A stretch of DNA of 64,000 nt from contig NC_043001.1 in the NCBI RefSeq assembly GCF_006345805.1, forward strand, positions 93,186,001 to 93,250,000. Direction: 5' to 3'. This DNA comes from Octopus sinensis. Taxonomy: Eukaryota. The notes below the pieces were generated by a model. That model was not told the origin of the DNA. It made no database searches and was given only the letters and a program-made list of their open reading frames with translations. Positions 56,931-64,000 of this stretch are shown here, in pieces. A program made the translations under genes and the position numbers. Within the stretch, counting starts at the first letter, position 1; the number at the start of each line of letters is the position of its first letter.

Positions 56931-57591
56931 AACACACATGCACACATATATGTATATGCACATACACATATATATGTACATATATACATATATATATATA
57001 TATATATAGTTGGATATGCATATACACATCCACACAGTCATATATATATACATGCAATAAACACGTCAATATATATATATATGTGTGTGTGTGTGCATGT
57101 GTGTGTGTGTGTGCGTGTGTGTGTATGTATAGATATGCACACACATATACATACAAACAAAGAACTTCAAGGCTGTATTTATAAACCTCAATTATTATAA
57201 CTGTTTATATATGTTACTCCGCCATAGGTGTATGTATGAGTGTGTGTGTGTGTGTGTATGTGTGTGTGTGTTTGCGTGTATATATGAACATAGATATACG
57301 TAAACGCACATTAACACACACATATAGACATATATACTTATAATTAGAGAGTGTGAGATAGAGAACTGAAATGTATATAGAACAGAGAGAAATGTCCATA
57401 GGTAGAGTGTAATACACCTGTAGGTAGAGACATGAATAATGAGAAGTTTGTGCCAATTCATGAAGTACTGTTGGAACCAGTCCCACTAGGTAATTGGAAT
57501 AAACAGAAAAATATCAGCTCCTAATTAGATGACACAGCATAGCCATACAATAACCATCCATCTATATTCACATGAAATAAGTACTCATCTA

Positions 57592-57753
<162 letters not shown>

Positions 57754-57771
57754 AACCTACTTATCTATCTA

Positions 57772-57811
<40 letters not shown>

Positions 57812-57852
57812 CCCACCTACCTACCTACCTACCTACCTACCTATCTATCTAT

Positions 57853-57979
57853 CTCTGCTCAATGCAGACTTGAAAATGTTGGCCAAGGTGTTAGCCAAGA
57901 GGTTGGCGCTTGTCCTCGAGAAACTGGTCGACAAGGCGCAAACGTGCTCCGTGCCGGGCCGGAGCATCCATGACAACCT
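57853..57979 (+). repeat. Exact 127-bp copy of RT segment 58586-58712 inside a microsatellite
   Basis: CTCTGCTCAATGCAGAC...CCATGACAACCT is identical in both places. Confidence 0.95.
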
Positions 57980-58219
57980 ACCTATCTACTTCCCATCCTT
58001 CCTATCTATCTATCTACTAGCCTACTTACCTACCCTTTCCAGGCTCCTCCCTCCCTTCCTATCCAAACACCTACCTACTTACCTTCCTACCTATCTACAT
58101 ACCTACCTACCTACCTCCCTACCTACCTCCCTACCTACATACTACCTACCTACCCACCTAACTCCCTACCTACCTCCATATCTATCTATCAATCTATCTA
58201 TCTATCTATCTATCAATCA

Positions 58220-58897
58220 ATGTGTGAGGCCTTTCAACAGCATTTTGCCCGACTGTTCGGGACGAGTGGCGGGCGAGAACGCAGGGTGGACTTCAGTGCC
58301 TACCTACACAGCCTGTCACGACTCTCAACAAGAGAGGCAGGGCGCTGCGTAAGTGCAATCACGACGGGATGCGATAGCAGAATGCTCGAGGGACAAATCG
58401 GGTTTCGATGGTCTACCTACGAGTTTACAGCTGTATGCCAGACTTGTTTGGAGACGTCTTGGCGGCAGTGTACTGCAACTGCCAGCAAAACGGGAGCATC
58501 CCCGGTTTTGTTAGCCAAGGAGCCGTAACGCTACTGAAGAAAGATCCAAAACAAGGTGACGTACTAGATAACTTTAGGCCCATCACTCTGCTCAATGCAG
58601 ACTTGAAAATGTTGGCCAAGGTGTTAGCCAAGAGGTTGGCGCTTGTCCTCGAGAAACTGGTCGACAAGGCGCAAACGTGCTCCGTGCCGGGCCGGAGCAT
58701 CCATGACAACCTCCATCTAATGCGCTACATCATAGACAGGGTAGTTAAGGAACCTGGCATGGGTGGGGTCCTGATCAATTTGGATTAATCGAAAGCTTTC
58801 GATAGGGTACACCATCGATAATTGGAGGCTGTGCTCATAGCGGCTGCTTTCGGTCCCGTCTTTCGCGGCAGGATACCTGCTTTATACAGAGGCATCT
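58220..58897 (+). pseudogene. L1/Tx1-clade reverse transcriptase fragment (inactivated)
   Basis: [23 protein letters not shown]...[14 protein letters not shown]...INLD*SKAFDRVHH; early non-LTR RT subdomains with stops and frameshifts. Confidence 0.93.
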
Positions 58898-59003
58898 GTA
58901 TGTACGTAAATATAGAACTGTACACGTATGAAGATATGTATATAAATACATATATGTATGTGTGTTTGTACACACGTGTACAAATATAAACATATGCATG
59001 TGC

Positions 59004-59034
<31 letters not shown>

Positions 59035-59177
59035 CCTATATATATATATATATACATATTTATACATGTATGCAAATGTATATGTATTATATGTACATTT
59101 ATCTATATGTTTGTGTGTGTTGTATAAGTGTGTGCGTGTGTGTGTCTGTATGTGTTTGCATGCATATATATATATTA

Positions 59178-59215
<38 letters not shown>

Positions 59216-59299
59216 GTACATTTATACATGTATACAAATATATATGCATTTTATGTATATATATCTATATGCGTGTGCGTATTTTTCTTTGGGTATGTG

Positions 59300-59495
59300 T
59301 TCGTGTCTCACCACTACTTGGCAATCGGTTTTGGTGTGTTTATGTCCCGTAACGTAGCAGTTCGGTATAAAAAGGTCGATGGAATAAATACTATGCTTAT
59401 AAAAAGAAGTAGAGGGTCAATTCGTTCCACTAAAATTTTTCAAGACAGTGTCCCAACATGATCGCAGTAAAATGATTTAAGCAAGTAAAAGATGA
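59300..59495 (+). mobile_element. SINE family A, 3' half
   Basis: CACCACTACTTGGCAATCGG...CCCGTAACGTAGCAGTTCGG...CCAACATGATCGCAGT. Confidence 0.75.
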
Positions 59496-59531
59496 AAGAT
59501 ACATACATACATACATATCCATACACACACA

Positions 59532-59610
<79 letters not shown>

Positions 59611-59773
59611 TAGTTGTATACTGTCAACTTAATGTGATAGTCCCATGAAGGGAATCACACCACTACTATTTAGCCCTAGGAAGCATCAACGCTTCCTGTC
59701 GGCCTTGACACATTGCCTTTGTCCTTACGTTTACAAGGGGGAGACAAGCACCCCACCCAGCTAAGCCTGCACC

Positions 59774-59812
59774 CAGAGACTAGTTTCTGAGTCTTTGCTC
59801 GTCATCAGTCTG
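59774..59812 (-). ncRNA. Minimal type I hammerhead-like ribozyme (Penelope type)
   Basis: Minus: CAGA-CUGAUGA-C-GAG-CAAAGA-CUC-A-GAAAC-UA-GUC-UCUG; stem I CAGA/UCUG, palindromic ACUAGU stem III; C.A mismatch at the base of stem II. Confidence 0.65.
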
Positions 59813-59904
59813 TAGTATCATGGCCTGCTAGTTGGAGATGCCTGTCTAGCCCTTGTAAACATATAAGAATTCTAGTGAAATAAATCCACTGATTACAAAA
59901 CTAG

Positions 59905-59981
59905 AAATATTACATTTCTAAATATCTCAGAGAGATATAAGCACTACTGCTTATGTCTCTTTGAGATATTTAGAAATGTAA

Positions 59982-59986
<5 letters not shown>
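59905..59986. repeat. 82-nt near-perfect hairpin (about 38-bp stem, 6-nt loop)
   Basis: AAATATTACATTTCTAAATATCTCA/TGAGATATTTAGAAATGTAATATTT perfect 25 bp; inner GAGAGATATAAGC/GCTTATGTCTCTT; loop ACTACT. Confidence 0.93.
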
Positions 59987-60020
<34 letters not shown>

Positions 60021-60023
60021 TAT

Positions 60024-60140
60024 GTAGAAGACCGTAGGCTCAAAACGTAAAAGACTTTTTCTATTCCTGAGCGTTATACTAATACATCTGTTTGTTTTGT
60101 ACAGCACCTATCGTCATCGTTTGTTTTTTCGTAAACTCTA

Positions 60141-60145
<5 letters not shown>
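60024..60145 (+). mobile_element. Penelope pLTR-like fragment in (TA)n with decayed HHR remnant
   Basis: GAAGACCGTAGGCTCAAAACGTAAAAGACTTTTTCTATTCCTGAGCGTTA; shares TTCCTGAGCGT with the 60305-60495 family. Confidence 0.55.
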
Positions 60146-60180
<35 letters not shown>

Positions 60181-60304
60181 TTCAGAAGAATATGATACCT
60201 AAGTTGAAGGCACCAGAATTTAGTATGGTATTATTCATATAATTTAAAATAAGGTGATTATATCATTGTTGCTTATTCTGATATATATGTATGTGTATAT
60301 TTCA

Positions 60305-60495
60305 AAATGTAACCACGTGCGTATCGTTGGCGATTTTCTTCTTCCGCCTTCCCTTCTTTTGGACTTTCCTCTATTTCTGAAGAAGAGCTTTGCTCGAAAC
60401 GTAAGATTTTCTTTCATTCCTTTCCTGAGCGTCTGATAATACAGTACTTGTACTACGTCCTTATATTGTTGTGTTTTCTTATTTGTTATTTCTTC
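60305..60495 (+). mobile_element. Penelope pLTR-like repeat with minimal HHR (60373-60407)
   Basis: AUUU-CUGAAGA-A-GAGC-UUU-GCUC-GAAAC-GUA-AGAU; loopless palindromic ACGU stem III. Confidence 0.72.
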
Positions 60496-61061
60496 TTTGT
60501 ATATATATAATATATAATATATATATATATTATATATATATATATATATACACGGATAATGCTATGTACGTACAATTATTTCGATAGATATATAGACAGG
60601 CAGACAAACAGATACATCGATAGATAAGCTGGCAGGCATTTTAAAAATCAATGCACGAATCTAAAGGTTATGTGTTCAGATCTTAACGAAGCCAATTAAT
60701 ATTGTACTGTACGAAAATATTTTGTATGAAAATATAATCCATATAAAACGTAGAAATTTCTCTGTGTATATATATATATATCAAATATTTGCATGTATAC
60801 GTCTATATGTTTATGAGTTCGTGTCTGTATGTGTGGGGTGGCTTGTGTCTTTGTATAAATATCTGTGTGTATATGGTGTGCAATGTCAGAGAATTTGGAA
60901 GGCTGCATCAATAAAAGTGAGAGTGAATATGATGTATCGATTATTCTCTTCTGTGCAACATACAAAGATTATTTATACGTACTATATACATATGCATGTC
61001 TGTCTCAGTCTCTGCACTTTTGTGTGTATGAATAAATAAGAATATACCAATATATGTAAGC

Positions 61062-61120
<59 letters not shown>

Positions 61121-61588
61121 TACATACACGCGTGCATATATACATATGTATATATGAATGTTTTTATACATATAAGTACAGGCACACACATACACACATA
61201 TGTATATGAAAGAGTAAGACTGTGTGTGTGGATATATATATATGTGCTGTATGTATGTGTGTGGGTATATATTTGGAGTGTGAGTGTTGTATTGCTTAAT
61301 TATTAGTTCCGATTATGCAGCTGTTCAATTTAAAGACATGACTTCCAGCATCATTTCAACTGTTTGGGCGAAACAGCTGTTATTTGAAAGTCAAATTACT
61401 GAACTTTGAAAGACCCAGGCATTGTTAAAATTTGTCATTATCTTCATAAACCCGCCTCTCTCCCCACTGTCTCTCTCTATTTTTCTCTCATGTTATGTCA
61501 CTTCTCTCTCTCTATGAATATATATATGTACGTGTATGTCTGTGTGGATAATCATAGATCGATATGTATGCATATATATATATATATA

Positions 61589-61640
<52 letters not shown>

Positions 61641-62765
61641 ACGATGGTGTTTCTTCCTTCCCCCTTTCTTTCGTTTAGAAAATCAGACACATGCAAAGCA
61701 GCATAATTTCTTCCACAGTCTTTTATTCAAGTTTTGGACAATATATACTGCGATATCCGCTGTCGTTCCAAGTTCGTTGACATCCGTCTAATGAGTAGCT
61801 TAAACGGTGATTATCTCACCGCATCACTTACTTGATATGACTAAATCTTTATCTGGCAGCATCACTCGAAATACTGATTAACCAATTAAACCAATGTTGT
61901 GATTCTTACATCAGTTTATAGCCGATGATTGAATACTTCAGTGATCTCATTTTCATAAAGTTCAAACCTCACTCATGCCACTTAATACATCAGTATAATC
62001 TTAGATACTCTCTACTCACAGCCCGTTCCCGCTATTTTCTGAGGTTGACTATTTTAATTGCTCAAACGATTAAAGGAGGCAAACAGCAGATTATAATTAG
62101 AATACACACGCATACACACATTCATATACGCATATGTATGTAGTATTATTTATTACCTATTACATATGTTTCATTACCTAATAGGAGTTACTGGTATGCA
62201 TATAAAATAAACATGTAAGATATAACCATTAGTGATTCTCTAATATATATATATATATTTATATATGAGGATAATATCGATATTTAAGTGTCGAAATTAT
62301 CAAGTGGCCAGCATGAAAGAAATACCTTACAAAGGTAAAAAAATTTTTAACAATTAAAAATGAGGGTGTCTATATAAATTTATATAATTCGTTATTATAT
62401 TCACTGCGGTGCTTATTTTAACCATGTCGTACTTATGCGGTGATTTGGCGGGCGATTCAGACTGGCTGTGTCCATACGTGCATATGTATGTATGTACGAC
62501 GCTCGTATATGTAAGTATATCGTTTGCTGTGCATATATATATCTGTATTTATGTACCCTTGATATATTCAATTGATGACGGTAAAGCTTATCTAAAGCAG
62601 AACCAGAAATCCTTGGATCTTGAATTATTCAATAATTTTTGCTTGTATGTTTTGTCCCTCCGCTTTACCTCATGGTGCGATATGAACATTTAACGTGGTA
62701 CTATAGTCAGTGTTTCGACTGCTATTTCGGCATGTTGGTGTCTTTTAGACACCCTCATTTTTAAT

Positions 62766-62797
<32 letters not shown>

Positions 62798-62798
<1 letters not shown>

Positions 62799-62917
62799 CA
62801 CGTGATCACGTGACCGACCAGATAATCAGATGTTGTTACACATCGCTGGTCACAATGCGTTCGCATTGTTTTAGCCTTCGAATGACGCAACCCCGCTGGC
62901 TAAGCGAGCAGACCAAT

Positions 62918-62918
<1 letters not shown>
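62798..62918. repeat. Interspersed repeat fragment in (TA)n, starting with the 16-bp palindrome TCACGTGATCACGTGA
   Basis: Palindrome directly visible; the body resembles a common cephalopod repeat (recall only). Confidence 0.6.
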
Positions 62919-62950
<32 letters not shown>

Positions 62951-62971
62951 TTGTGTGTGTGTGTGTGTGTG

Positions 62972-63005
<34 letters not shown>

Positions 63006-63258
63006 CTGTATATAATTTAGAGAAGACCCACTATTAAACAATTCAATAATGAAAGATGTTATTCACACCATATAGAAAACATATACTATAAAAATCTTGT
63101 ACTAAAAATCAAAAATAAATAGTAAATAGTAGTACTATTTACTATTAAATTATATACATATATATATATATGATATATTGTGAAATTTGATTTAAAATTG
63201 CTAAATTGAATTTTTCCCTGTAAGTTTGGAATTATATTCCCTATTATTATTATTATTA

Positions 63259-63818
63259 TTGAGTGAGAGAGCAGTGCATGCCATCAAAGTGACACTGGGG
63301 TAAAATATACGAAGCCCAATATACCCATCATGACTACACGTCTGATAAAGGTACACCAGGCACATGCATCACAACCATATGTGCGCGACATGGTGATCTC
63401 ATATCAAGATAAACAGCACATGACCTTGCAGGTGGGGCCCAGTTAGAATTTTCTTCAGATTGAGTAGCCCATCCCGCTCAAACGGTCCCTGATTAAGGGT
63501 TGTTTAAGGATGTTGAAAGAACCACCCATGTTTCCAGAGGTGAACTATTCAACCCCAAAGAATCCCTCTCAACACATGGCTATGATGCTCCCCCACTACT
63601 TCTGCTCGTGATCAGAGATGCACATATTGTCAGCCACGAAGGGACATGCTCAACTGGTTAAGGTCAAACAACTGACAAGCAAATCTGTGGTATTGAGCAG
63701 AATATTTGCTGTAGCCCATCTTTTATACCAAGACAAAACAATGTACATGATAACACTTCCAATCAGTTAAGATCAGAAGCCATGAGAGCCATTGCCTGGT
63801 ACTGCATCAGGGCATTTT
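63259..63818. mobile_element. ~560-bp non-coding element inserted in (TTA)n
   Basis: GC-richer unique block with sharp (TTA)n borders on both sides; matches an abundant octopus repeat as I recall it; no ORF. Confidence 0.7.
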
Positions 63819-63843
63819 ATTATTATTATTATTATTATTATTA

Positions 63844-63874
<31 letters not shown>

Positions 63875-64000
63875 GTTGTTGTTGTTGTTGTTATTATTAT
63901 TATTATTATATATTTAGACTTACCGTTGTTTCTGATATGCATTTTAGGTGCATTCATGGTTCAGTGTACTCAGTCTATTGATATTCCCTAATGAATAATC

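Noticed and set aside
63740-63818. HDV-like ribozyme at the end of the (TTA)n-flanked element
   Set aside because: I could not build P1, P1.1 and P2 pairings by hand.

Overview
Extremely AT-rich, microsatellite-dense eukaryotic DNA. The SINE, LINE and transposon families resemble those of octopus/coleoid cephalopod genomes (inferred from recalled repeat families, not a database search). I can support no intact host protein-coding gene; almost all long ORFs in the track are microsatellite translations. The most notable element is a head-to-tail array of a ~600-bp unit (1-3070; five full copies plus a partial, already running at base 1). Each unit carries a complete type I hammerhead ribozyme (HHR) core with a palindromic GUAC loop III and an ~76-nt extended stem II, inside nested inverted repeats predicting a rod-like fold. 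This looks like a retrozyme or Penelope-pLTR array able to release ~600-nt self-cleaved monomers. The rest holds several minimal Penelope-type HHR motifs of unrelated families, Tx1/L1-type LINE fragments (EN, RT, 3' end) at (TATC)n tracts, three R4/Dong-like RLE fragments stacked in one (TAA)n tract, a TIR-flanked mariner, a Tc1/mariner remnant, two Helitron-like elements, many tRNA-derived SINEs, two microhomology-flanked templated insertions, a ~590-bp tandem duplication and several long hairpins.
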